Below, piece by piece: positions 17,701-25,143 of a DNA stretch of 64,000 nucleotides; the first letter of the stretch is position 1, and each line of letters starts with the position of its first letter. A program made the translations under genes and the position numbers. The stretch covers positions 372,001 to 436,000 of the IMG/VR virus record IMGVR_UViG_3300023179_000009; one strand, 5' to 3'. The notes under the pieces are model-generated. The model made no database searches, was not told where the DNA came from, and saw only the letters and a list, made by a program, of their open reading frames with translations.

Positions 17701-19867
17701 AAGTTCTATGGAGTCTAGTCTGCAAAATTCTTCTAATATCATTCAAAAACAATCAGTACCAGTGGAGACAACAACCTCACTGCAAGGTGTTTTTGACAAA
17801 ACACAGGCGTCGGAGGCTTTGACCTCCAATATAGATACCGCCATCAAATGGCAGAAGATTGAGCCAAGTAGTTTGGGATCAGGTTTTGAAAAAAAATGGA
17901 ATACACTTAAAGATAATGAGTTCAATGATCTTGAATCTAAATCACCTATGAAAAGAATGTTTGGTTATGATAGATCTGAAAAACAAAATAAAATGTCTTA
18001 CCAAGGAACCGGGGCAGGTGCTGCTTTGGGTGCTGCTTTGGGTGGTCCCATTGGAATTCCCGCTGGGGCCGCTGCTGGTTTTGTCTATGATACCGTTTCT
18101 AGCAACTTAAACATACAAGATGCCTTAAGCCAAACAATATCGAATATTGGTGAAAACACCAAGGGAGTTTTGAATAGTTTAAGTTTGGGTTTATTCGATA
18201 ATGAAAAAGCAGCCGAAGCACAAGATTCTTCATTAGAATACAGTGTTAAGAATATAGCCCCAAGTTTAATTGCAGGATCACTTGCTGGGGTGACAGGTGG
18301 GATGAGTTCATTCGCACTACCAATGATCAACCAATTAATGCAAGGTCAACCCAACCAATTAATGCAAGGTCAACCCAACCAATTAATGCAAGGTCAACCA
18401 AGTGATATATTACAACAAGTTTTAACTTCTAAACAAATTAATAAACCCGAGGTTTCTAGCAATCAATTAGGTTTATTCGATAATGAAAAAGCAGCCGAAG
18501 CACAAGATTCTTCATTAGAATACAGTGTTAAGAATATAGCCCCAAGTTTAATTGCAGGATCACTTGCTGGGGTGACAGGTGGGATGAGTTCATTCGCACT
18601 ACCAATGATCAACCAATTAATGCAAGGTCAACCAAGTGATATATTACAACAAGTTTTAACTTCTAAACAAATTAATAAACCCGAGGTTTCTAGCAATCAA
18701 TTAGGTTTATTCGATAATGAAAAAGCAGCCGAAGCACAAGATTCTTCATTAGAATACAGTGTTAAGAATATAGCCCCAAGTTTAATTGCAGGATCACTTG
18801 CTGGGGTGACAGGTGGGATGAGTTCATTCGCACTACCAATGATCAACCAATTAATGCAAGGTCAACCCAACCAAAAAAATCTTGAAACAAGTGAATTATT
18901 AAAAGAAAAATTTAAAGAACCGGAAGGCTTTATCGAAGCCAACCCTCAGAGTTTGGGTGTTTTTGATTTTGAAAAAACTGGAGAGGCCGAAGAGGGTTAT
19001 TTCAAACAATTGGGTGCGAGCTATGTGGATCCAAAAGATTTTATGACCACTGCTCCAATACCAATTGTTGGTGACATTATCAATCTCTTGTCAAATGTTG
19101 GTTCTAAAATATTCGGATCAACAAAAGGATCTGTCGGGGTGTCTTCTTTGGGCATGTTTGACCCAAGCCAACCCAGCGAGGCCAATGATAGCGAATCTGA
19201 TTTGATGTTAAAAAAGATACAAGGAAGCCAAAACTTTGATTTAAATAGATACAATTTAAATGCCATAGAAAATAGTATAAAAAATAAATCAAATCTTGAA
19301 AAAAATGTTGTTTTGGAAACAAGTCGTGCTTTAGATTATGATCGTCAAGCCTCGGAGGCTGCTGATTCGGCTAAGATTAATGAATTAGATTATCGATCTG
19401 ATAAAAGGGGAGATATAGAATCTAACCCAATGGACTACACAGATGATATGGGCGATCAGTCTATTAATCCAACTTATATGGATTATCGTGATCAGATGAA
19501 AGGCGAAGTAGGCACCTTGGGAATAAGTCGATATGGCATGGAATCTGCTGTTATGCAATCGAAATACGGGGAACAACCTACAGGCAATTCATCTGTGTTG
19601 CCAAGCATGGATACTATCGCAAACTATTTAACAGGGATGCAATCTACTAAATTAGATATGATGATAAAACATTTGCAGGAAATTAGAGATCGTTTATCAA
19701 CGCAAACAACTTCCTACTCTAATGTAATTGGATCTGCCGCCTCTGGGGGCAAACCGCCAGATGCCACTGGAGTTAAATCTATAGCTCGTGATTTTGTAAG
19801 TGGCTCTTGGGATTTACCGTATGGAGACTATACATCTGGAACAGTAAACACAGAGGGGCGATTTTAG
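11750..19867 (+). CDS. tape measure-like tail protein (2705 aa)
   Basis: very long; helical N-half, G/A-rich hydrophobic segments and internal repeats; sits immediately before the baseplate genes. Confidence 0.75.
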   Translation: MATDLYGRSIGDNVSVNQVNQQLLSPTQETKRPDAQEVNNDPDKKESALENLYEAINRVAEKIDSNASKDLEESKNWSKNIIDFHKDFRNTSRSDESGQKTQTGFLDLASKAIQNLWVASQSQNTIWVGISKLSNNAVQEISKSFSMSDCCEALGEATATVRGLDNLNSGVSEASKTVLSEAGGGGRGTNWGGGDDDSDDGGDGGSRRRGDSSDASDFELPDAGDMTGVIARMSTITGLISLAANSFVDLHRSVIKALDIDPIQKIFDGQILEHNNFRESIRALIHEQEGFGASNRQIEKTFINLESSINAAGVGSAKFKTMYLKNLERGLSLATAEDNRYVDALSAQKKGFTIEQKESALRERKVNRLKSIQTTALSTASSLHMSSDAMNELFMNWHMNLGLSEQSLAEIGSHMKNVSRSTGVTGSQLEKAMISADGVMKNLKKAGMVSTDTAKRVTEFMAAAQKHGFEGAAELMNVLGGGETFHDSKYKLFLGNAARFSDKPEQGVRDLVLGNTMNRSGGMENLFGGAERFVRSQLSGFETALNSVGLKSSTLDVTNLSEVMNKLRAGGKLEEAEALKRRFKGLGIEIGEVERALKTMQEETLSSSKRIDKYSKELESMKAQGLEKTDAYKQIQKKLLEAQTGQSQDVFGRIKSVMDNKEGKTGGQLEKELKDSLIQVLGDEKAAAEWQSNLPAKASEAVSQMRERAKAEGLNFDDMLKEKGITGGESQLTKGLLEGDALSNQAMTEIMQRISKKEKQGEDPITDIKGILEEIHTTLAQKLDNVGFGLSDMIVKILYVAGYLGGILMTVASGILALRMLQNIPGLLSGISGVFGGLNKALGNPLEKIFGKGGKGPLGGLLGDCLPVCPPSGGGGQMMPRRPTGGSPVVPPSPTTGPMTTVSPSGRPKNTTVLPGGPDYGGGGWAGAQGTQYQSPTVRDAATGQVTRRDMSRSDRRANAERYLDARRAAGQSGRGFGPRAGSGIRRVAPQGKGWMGLAGKIANFAMAHPTLTGTAIGATTGAVHGYATSDEKGWGAVGDSLFEGAVGGGIGAAAGYGAGRLGGAGKGLQAGGLPGIADGAMDVVASGANMMGMPGFGSDCMPVWVCNFGEMGGMGGLLPGMGDGGMAQTALDTLNTVDMASDVAGMMGKGKNVAQVVDKADDVAKGGSWLSKMFGGGNKAATTVAGGADDVAKGGSWLSKMFGGGNKAVTAVAGGADDVAKGGSWLSKMFGGGNKAVTAVAGGADDVVKGAGLLSKIPGAGLAKGVGSLLGKVAAPLQLFTGAITGAMDAESAGRTTAEGAAYGALTGGAHKGSFASEALGIQKGSVADESLGIAGGAAWGATLGAGVGTMLAPFTAGISIPVAAAVGGVIGAGAELVKVFTAEESSMRDAVTGFASSIGSTIMELPGTIGGAFQTVGSYLGEGAHSIYASITGFASSLGSTFTSGITSVANGIGGFASSLGNSVSESFSSTAKENWDRMLQGASFSGALGQVTGGIVDVVNGNLTQGLTKVGLSGVEAFGALGQTILGAASSLNPFSWFKNKEKTSAKETESSPEKKLAETANKETQKTQQDVMTQSAEKLQEAAVGLDIGKTEQDFKAISEASSKKDIDLSNAMVASFGNVGDSKEISKALSTQNSAVFNSILAEQESLIKSISQKRDAKSSGGVTSDLGSKQGFFDSNAKGFLANAALRSSDPIAYNSLQTGTTLQTPDGVKGLMSGQEILVKEIFSGFESSLNNVGVQSATIDVGNLSEVIQKLQKGGQAEQQAATSLQRQFEALGTNVGEVENNFKIMSQSSKTPQDLLGDLSFKLNDMNKQGLQNTDEYKSIQKQTLDLQSDLQNSSDVVQKQSTPVEATTSLQGVFEKTQASEALTSNIDTAIKWQKIEPSEQTLAGELSGDSKDKNNFTVYDQSVESILFKIFDQLKSFNLTNIFEKDSSLAMMNLDHVSVVDSQKKSIENKRQFEGLDTPIRTFEQMPESLKDLSSMESSLQNSSNIIQKQSVPVETTTSLQGVFDKTQASEALTSNIDTAIKWQKIEPSSLGSGFEKKWNTLKDNEFNDLESKSPMKRMFGYDRSEKQNKMSYQGTGAGAALGAALGGPIGIPAGAAAGFVYDTVSSNLNIQDALSQTISNIGENTKGVLNSLSLGLFDNEKAAEAQDSSLEYSVKNIAPSLIAGSLAGVTGGMSSFALPMINQLMQGQPNQLMQGQPNQLMQGQPSDILQQVLTSKQINKPEVSSNQLGLFDNEKAAEAQDSSLEYSVKNIAPSLIAGSLAGVTGGMSSFALPMINQLMQGQPSDILQQVLTSKQINKPEVSSNQLGLFDNEKAAEAQDSSLEYSVKNIAPSLIAGSLAGVTGGMSSFALPMINQLMQGQPNQKNLETSELLKEKFKEPEGFIEANPQSLGVFDFEKTGEAEEGYFKQLGASYVDPKDFMTTAPIPIVGDIINLLSNVGSKIFGSTKGSVGVSSLGMFDPSQPSEANDSESDLMLKKIQGSQNFDLNRYNLNAIENSIKNKSNLEKNVVLETSRALDYDRQASEAADSAKINELDYRSDKRGDIESNPMDYTDDMGDQSINPTYMDYRDQMKGEVGTLGISRYGMESAVMQSKYGEQPTGNSSVLPSMDTIANYLTGMQSTKLDMMIKHLQEIRDRLSTQTTSYSNVIGSAASGGKPPDATGVKSIARDFVSGSWDLPYGDYTSGTVNTEGRF
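15230..15502 (+). repeat. 84-bp in-frame tandem repeat, about 3.2 copies
   Basis: units start at 15230, 15314, 15398 and 15482 and encode ADDVAKGGSWLSKMFGGGNKA(A/V)T(T/A)VAGG. Confidence 0.95.
17268..17868 (+). repeat. dispersed ~150-bp in-frame duplication
   Basis: LQNSS..QKQS.PVE.TTSLQGVF.KTQASEALTSNIDTAIKWQKIEPS occurs at ~17268-17415 and ~17720-17868, mostly with synonymous differences. Confidence 0.9.
18188..18872 (+). repeat. 234-bp in-frame tandem repeat (about 2.7 copies) with a nested 24-bp repeat
   Basis: GLFDNEKAAEAQDSS... units start at 18188, 18470 and 18704; the first unit carries two extra NQLMQGQP (24-bp) copies. Confidence 0.95.
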
Positions 19868-19880
19868 ACATAGGTGATCA

Positions 19881-20468
19881 ATGAAATCTACTATTAATGG
19901 ATCTTTAAACAAACTTCCCGATTGTTATATTGTGATACCGGGGGCCGGTCTTGTTAGCGGCAGTAAAGAAGGAATTATACCCATAGATAATTTGCCCGAC
20001 ATAGGGGACACCAAGAATGCTGTTTATAACGGTGAGCCAATACAAGGTAGAAGTTTTCCTTTATATACTTATTCCCATTCAGCGGATAGAACCATAAGTA
20101 TGACGGTTCACTTTTTTGTAGTAAATCCTGGGGATGGAGCAAAAAATTTATTATATTTAAGAATGATTCAAAGTGCGGTCTATCCAAGAAGCGGCAAAGA
20201 TTTAAATGATATTGCTCCTTATCAACCTCCACCTATTTGTAGGCTAAGGTGTGGTGATCTTCTTGATAGCAACGAGTTGTGTGTTATTTTGCAATCATAT
20301 AGTACTAAATTCCCTACAGAAGTGGCTTGGGAGGAAGAAACTTATTGCCCTTTTAGATTTAGCGTTGATTTAAGTTGGATGGTTGTTTACACATCAGAAG
20401 TTTTGCCTTTTCAAGAAGACATTATAAAAATGGCAAAAAATTCAAGAATATTCAATTCGACTAGATAG
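19881..20468 (+). CDS. tail tube initiator / baseplate tube-cap-like protein
   Basis: IQGRSFPLYTYSHSADRTISMTVHF...VYP...PPPICRLRCGD pattern typical of tube-fold proteins that follow the tape measure. Confidence 0.65.
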   Translation: MKSTINGSLNKLPDCYIVIPGAGLVSGSKEGIIPIDNLPDIGDTKNAVYNGEPIQGRSFPLYTYSHSADRTISMTVHFFVVNPGDGAKNLLYLRMIQSAVYPRSGKDLNDIAPYQPPPICRLRCGDLLDSNELCVILQSYSTKFPTEVAWEEETYCPFRFSVDLSWMVVYTSEVLPFQEDIIKMAKNSRIFNSTR

Positions 20469-20479
20469 GATAACTTAAT

Positions 20480-20803
20480 ATGAGTCAAATAGTAGAGTCA
20501 ACTGGCGTGGAGTCAAAACAATTTATGGCTCCAGGTAGTCGCTATCTCAAAAGCACCCCTATTTATTATGGAGAAAAAAAAATAATTACTTTTGATCTCT
20601 ACAACAGGTCTAACTATAATAAAACTGGCAATGAACAGGTTATGTTGATCACAAAAGGTGTTGAATATAGGCCAGATTTGGTTTCTTATGATGTTTATGG
20701 GTTTGTGGATAATTGGTGGATGATACTTGAAGTTAATAATATGAAAGATATATGGGATTTTAAAGCAGGCACCACCATTATTCTGCCCAATAGAATTTAC
20801 TGA
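20480..20803 (+). CDS. baseplate wedge protein, T4 gp53/LysM-like
   Basis: RPDLVSYDVYGFVDNWWMILEVNN...AGTTIILP. Confidence 0.8.
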   Translation: MSQIVESTGVESKQFMAPGSRYLKSTPIYYGEKKIITFDLYNRSNYNKTGNEQVMLITKGVEYRPDLVSYDVYGFVDNWWMILEVNNMKDIWDFKAGTTIILPNRIY

Positions 20804-20810
20804 GGTTGCT

Positions 20811-22421
20811 ATGAGTTTAATTTTGTGCGGAGGTGGCGAAAATTTCACGGCTGGCTTAGTGCCAAGAACCGATTGTATAGAGAAATATAGATCTCCAGGA
20901 TCACCTTATAAGTTTCCAGAGACTGGTTTTTCTTTGGCCCCATGGGTCGCAATTGATTTTGTTGACCAATCTTATCAAGGAGGCGGAGCGGCAATTACAG
21001 TTAGTAACAGGTCTTCTGAGGTTACAAATCCAAAAAATTGCGCTGTTATTAAGAGTTTTACTTTGGGACACACAGACGGTACTGATTGTCGAGTTGTAAT
21101 TCACGATACACAAGGTGGTGTTTTTGAAGAATTTATGAAGCACCTTGTTAAGGACTGGTATTGTTTAAAAGACGCAAACCCAGCAGCTTTGTTGATGAAA
21201 GTGCAATTTGGTTGGGTTAAAAGTAATTGCCAAAATGAGATTCCCGTGTCGAGATCCCCTTGTTATTTTATAATGGTTTCAAATGTCGAAGCAAATTTTG
21301 CCGAGGGCAAAATCATGTTTGAACTAACCGGGCAGGATAGTTGCAATTATATGTTTAACGGCAGTGTTTCTGGGGAAAAAGGAGGGACGGGAGCGTCTTC
21401 GATGTATCTTCTAGACGCTTTACAAGAAACTCTATGTAAAGGAGACCCCCCAAATATCGGCTCTGTTAGCTTCAGAATACCCACAGGGCGTAATAATTAT
21501 GAAATATCGGGTAGAGATGATGTATTTAAAATTGACAATCCACAAGCAGAGTATCCCGATGAAAAAAAACGTGGTCCCGCTGGCAAATGGTTGCCTCAAG
21601 GAAGAAATAAATTAGATGTTGCTTGCGCTTGGGTCACAGAAAGTTTATCTAAGAATGGTAAAGCCTGGGTGCCAAGGTATGACAGTACATCTGAAAAAGG
21701 AGAATTAATTTTTTGGGAAGCATCAAAATCTGATTGCGAAAACCAATCTGATGACTATTGGGACAGATATAACTTGGGGTCTTATATTGTAAACGGCTCA
21801 AAATCAAGTCCTGTTTTAGAGTTTAATCCAAAAATAAAATGGGATTTTGGATTAATTACGGGAAATGGCGGAAATTCCGGTGATGATCGATTAAATTCAA
21901 TGGGAACAGAGGGTGCAAAAAATCCAGGTCTTGAATGCCCTTCTTTATCTGCTGATAAAGTAAAAGGATCTGGAAATTCTACAACCACTAATAAAACAGA
22001 GTCTCAACAAGACCGAGGCGATAATGATAAAAAAGTAGCTGAGACGGACGCAAAACATAAAAAAACTCTTGAAATCAGCCACGGTCCTTTTGATGCCGAT
22101 TTAATTGTTGTAGGAGATCCAACATTTTGCCCTGCATTTCAAGCTGTTGGTGTTATGTCTATATCTATAATATTAATTAATCCTTATCATATAGTCCCAG
22201 CAAATGCTAGTTGTGGCGAATGGTTGTCGCAACCAGTGTGTAATCCAATTCTTAGTAATAAAGCTTGGATAATAAAAGGTGTCGGACACACAATTGAAGC
22301 AGGGAAATACTCTACTAGAATAAGTGTAACGCTCCCCGTACCCGGCCTTAATCACAAAAAATCTAATGATGGGGGAAGATTGGGAGCTTGGACCGATGGC
22401 TGGAAGCCGCCTACTTGTTAA
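20811..22421 (+). CDS. baseplate hub protein (gp27/gpD-like)
   Basis: KVQFGW, ADLIVVGDP, WIIKGVGHTIEAGKYST; lies between the gp53-like and gp5-like genes. Confidence 0.6.
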   Translation: MSLILCGGGENFTAGLVPRTDCIEKYRSPGSPYKFPETGFSLAPWVAIDFVDQSYQGGGAAITVSNRSSEVTNPKNCAVIKSFTLGHTDGTDCRVVIHDTQGGVFEEFMKHLVKDWYCLKDANPAALLMKVQFGWVKSNCQNEIPVSRSPCYFIMVSNVEANFAEGKIMFELTGQDSCNYMFNGSVSGEKGGTGASSMYLLDALQETLCKGDPPNIGSVSFRIPTGRNNYEISGRDDVFKIDNPQAEYPDEKKRGPAGKWLPQGRNKLDVACAWVTESLSKNGKAWVPRYDSTSEKGELIFWEASKSDCENQSDDYWDRYNLGSYIVNGSKSSPVLEFNPKIKWDFGLITGNGGNSGDDRLNSMGTEGAKNPGLECPSLSADKVKGSGNSTTTNKTESQQDRGDNDKKVAETDAKHKKTLEISHGPFDADLIVVGDPTFCPAFQAVGVMSISIILINPYHIVPANASCGEWLSQPVCNPILSNKAWIIKGVGHTIEAGKYSTRISVTLPVPGLNHKKSNDGGRLGAWTDGWKPPTC

Positions 22422-22456
22422 TATTATTTTTACAAACAAAAGAAAGATTTAATACT

Positions 22457-24709
22457 ATGTCTCTAAACCAGAATAGTCCATTCACGCCATCGCAATCCAA
22501 CTCGGCAGATTTTTCTAAATTAATGGATAGCGTTTTTAATAGATTGTTTTCTTTGGAACAAGCCGTAAATGCAATTGGCTATAGCAGCAAAGCCTCAAAA
22601 AAAAGAAGATTTCCCCAACGTAGACAAGCAAACATTGTGCAAAATTTAACCAGGGCCCTTTGTGTCGAGACTGTTGATCCTTGGAAAATTAATCGTGTGA
22701 GATACTTTCATCCTCTGCTTCATGACCCAAAATCAAATTTGTTTTCCCTACCTTTTGCTAAACCAATTTCTGCCATGGGTGGTTTTGATGATTGTGGTTT
22801 AAACTGGGTTCCACCTGCTGGTAGTACTATTATGATTTTGTTTGAATCTGGGAACGTTGACTCTGCATTTTATCTAGGAACAGCTTGGAGTAAAGATCGA
22901 AGGCCCGGTGGACAAGATATAATGGACATTTTTCCTTCTCGTGAATGGCAGCGTGTTTATCAAGGACACAGAAAGGGATATTTGGTTGGACCAGACGACG
23001 AGTCTCAAGTTTACCCTCCCTGGAACACAGAATCTTACAACGGAAGCGACATTTACGATATTAAAAAATTTGTTTTTGACCCCAATGAACAAAAAAGAAC
23101 AACTTATCCAAACATTTATGGATTCAAAACTCCCGAAAAACATATGTTAAAAATGGTTGACGGGAACGCAAAATGTAACAGGAGATGGAAAAGACTGGAG
23201 ATAATGTCGGGTTGTGGAAATTGGATGATCTTCAAGGATGATCACCTTCATTACGGTGGCCAGTGGGCACATCCAAGTTGCCCTCCGGACCCTGGTGGGG
23301 GTAATGTTGATGTCTGTTCTATACACCAAGATAGACTTCCTTATTTTAGTAATTTCCATGGAGAACCTATCGAGAAGGGTGCTGGTTGCGAACCAAATTG
23401 CGAAGGAAAAAGCAAAACTCAATGTTCTAGAATTTTGGGAGGACACACTTCTACTCCATGCGACCCAGAGACAAAATATTGCAAATCTCAAGGTGGTGCG
23501 AATCCTTTTTTTAAACATAAAAATGAATGTCGTCCATATAAGGGACCACAAACTCCACAAAACAACAAATGTGATTTGCCGCAATCAGGCATTCAATTTT
23601 TATCCATATCTGGTCACACTTGGGTAATGGACGACTCTGTGGAGGAACCCAAGGGTAAGCCTGAGTGGGAGCGAAGTATGCAACCTTTTGATTTTGGTTG
23701 TAGCGATTTATTTCAAGGAAGAACATATTGGAAAAGTGCAACTGGTCATTCGATAATGATGAGCGATGTTGAGAAAAAAGGCTTATGCACAGGAGGAAAG
23801 CCAGGAAGGCCAAATATAAATTATATTAAACTTCTCTCTGCTTCGGGAAATAGAATAGAGTTAAACGATCACACAATTCCGGTGTGTAGGGGCGGAGAAG
23901 ATCGTGGAATTCACATGCAAAGCACATCAAACCATGTGATTAAAATGATCGATCATTTAGTTAGTCAATGTTCTCCTTGTAGGCGTGAAGGCGGAAAACC
24001 AATTCCAAATGCAACAAGAGCATATATTCAAATAAGATCAGGGTACGGACTGGAAATGAGATATAATGACGACTTCAGTCAACAAACAACACAAAAACAA
24101 TGGATACAAATTTTGCACCCACAATGTGTTAGTCCTCAGTCCGACAAGGCTTGTAATTCTCTACCGAGTTGTGGATACAGGGGACCGCATATTTTAAGAT
24201 TTCAAGGTCGCCCCAAGGGTCAAGCTGGTTGCATTTATCTCCGGGCTGGAGGTCATTCGGTTCGTCAAACTTATGATTTTGACGTTGTTTTAGTTGGCGA
24301 CAAAGAATGTAATCCTTCCGATAAAATTACTTATGTTTCAAGAAAACATATTAGGGGTTGCGAAGATGTGGACTTTAGATATTCCGGGAAAAGACACGTT
24401 TTTTTTGCGGAGAAAAGAATTTTATTACTTGCTGGACGAGATTGCCCGCCCAAGCCTCCTAAAAAATGCAAAGGTCCATGTGTTTATAGTGTTATAATAG
24501 CACGATGTCCTGTTATATGTCCGTTAACTGGTATCGTTCATTGGACCCAAAAATCAATGAGCGAAAGAGTTTTTGCCTCTGGTTGGCATCCGTGTCCTGC
24601 TTGTTTGCCTTGTAGGATACCTGGATGTGAACACCCAGAGCCAGAGCCACCGAATGTAAAGATAGACACAGGTATAGGTATAATAGAAGTAAATAATAAC
24701 GTTGATTAA
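22457..24709 (+). CDS. central spike protein (gp5/VgrG/GpV OB-fold), Cys-rich
   Basis: DPWKINRVR, WVPPAGSTIMILFESGNVDSAFYLG OB-fold signature, repeated S.SGH...MDD beta-helix units; start set at MSLNQ. Confidence 0.75.
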   Translation: MSLNQNSPFTPSQSNSADFSKLMDSVFNRLFSLEQAVNAIGYSSKASKKRRFPQRRQANIVQNLTRALCVETVDPWKINRVRYFHPLLHDPKSNLFSLPFAKPISAMGGFDDCGLNWVPPAGSTIMILFESGNVDSAFYLGTAWSKDRRPGGQDIMDIFPSREWQRVYQGHRKGYLVGPDDESQVYPPWNTESYNGSDIYDIKKFVFDPNEQKRTTYPNIYGFKTPEKHMLKMVDGNAKCNRRWKRLEIMSGCGNWMIFKDDHLHYGGQWAHPSCPPDPGGGNVDVCSIHQDRLPYFSNFHGEPIEKGAGCEPNCEGKSKTQCSRILGGHTSTPCDPETKYCKSQGGANPFFKHKNECRPYKGPQTPQNNKCDLPQSGIQFLSISGHTWVMDDSVEEPKGKPEWERSMQPFDFGCSDLFQGRTYWKSATGHSIMMSDVEKKGLCTGGKPGRPNINYIKLLSASGNRIELNDHTIPVCRGGEDRGIHMQSTSNHVIKMIDHLVSQCSPCRREGGKPIPNATRAYIQIRSGYGLEMRYNDDFSQQTTQKQWIQILHPQCVSPQSDKACNSLPSCGYRGPHILRFQGRPKGQAGCIYLRAGGHSVRQTYDFDVVLVGDKECNPSDKITYVSRKHIRGCEDVDFRYSGKRHVFFAEKRILLLAGRDCPPKPPKKCKGPCVYSVIIARCPVICPLTGIVHWTQKSMSERVFASGWHPCPACLPCRIPGCEHPEPEPPNVKIDTGIGIIEVNNNVD

Positions 24710-24712
24710 ATT

Positions 24713-25141
24713 ATGACAAATAGTAGTAAATTTTTAGGATTGCAATATCCACTTGTAAAAACGCCAAGAGGCATCATGGCCCAAAAAACTGGTGTTGATC
24801 AAATTAAAGCTGATTTATTGCAACTTTTGTTAACAAATCCCGGAGAAAGAGTTATGTTGCCAACATATGGAACTCCTTTAAGGGAATTGTTTTTTGAACC
24901 AAATGATAAAACTCTAGAATCAAAAGCAAGACAAATAATAGCCGAATCGATCATCACCTGGGAGCCTAGAATAGTTGTATCAGATATACAAGTGACTTCA
25001 AATGCTCCCAAATCTTCGTTAAATCAATATGATTCTTTTGATGAAAAAGATGCTATCTTATATATAAGCATAAAATTTATAGACCCGGAAAATATCCAAT
25101 CTGTTGAAGAATTAGTGTTAGAAAGGCCCGTTGGTGCTTAA
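24713..25141 (+). CDS. baseplate wedge / sheath initiator (gp25/GpW)
   Basis: IKADLLQLLLTNPGERVMLPTYGTPLRELFFEP...WEPRI. Confidence 0.92.
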   Translation: MTNSSKFLGLQYPLVKTPRGIMAQKTGVDQIKADLLQLLLTNPGERVMLPTYGTPLRELFFEPNDKTLESKARQIIAESIITWEPRIVVSDIQVTSNAPKSSLNQYDSFDEKDAILYISIKFIDPENIQSVEELVLERPVGA

Positions 25142-25143
25142 TT

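Noticed and set aside
15230-18872. CRISPR array or DGR template/variable repeats
   Set aside because: The repeats are contiguous, in-frame coding units without unique spacers or adenine-specific variation, and no reverse transcriptase is present
12115-19576. Numerous antisense ORFs within the tape measure (similarly 8716..9201 and 37527..38213)
   Set aside because: They are shadow ORFs caused by codon bias of the sense gene, with no motifs of their own
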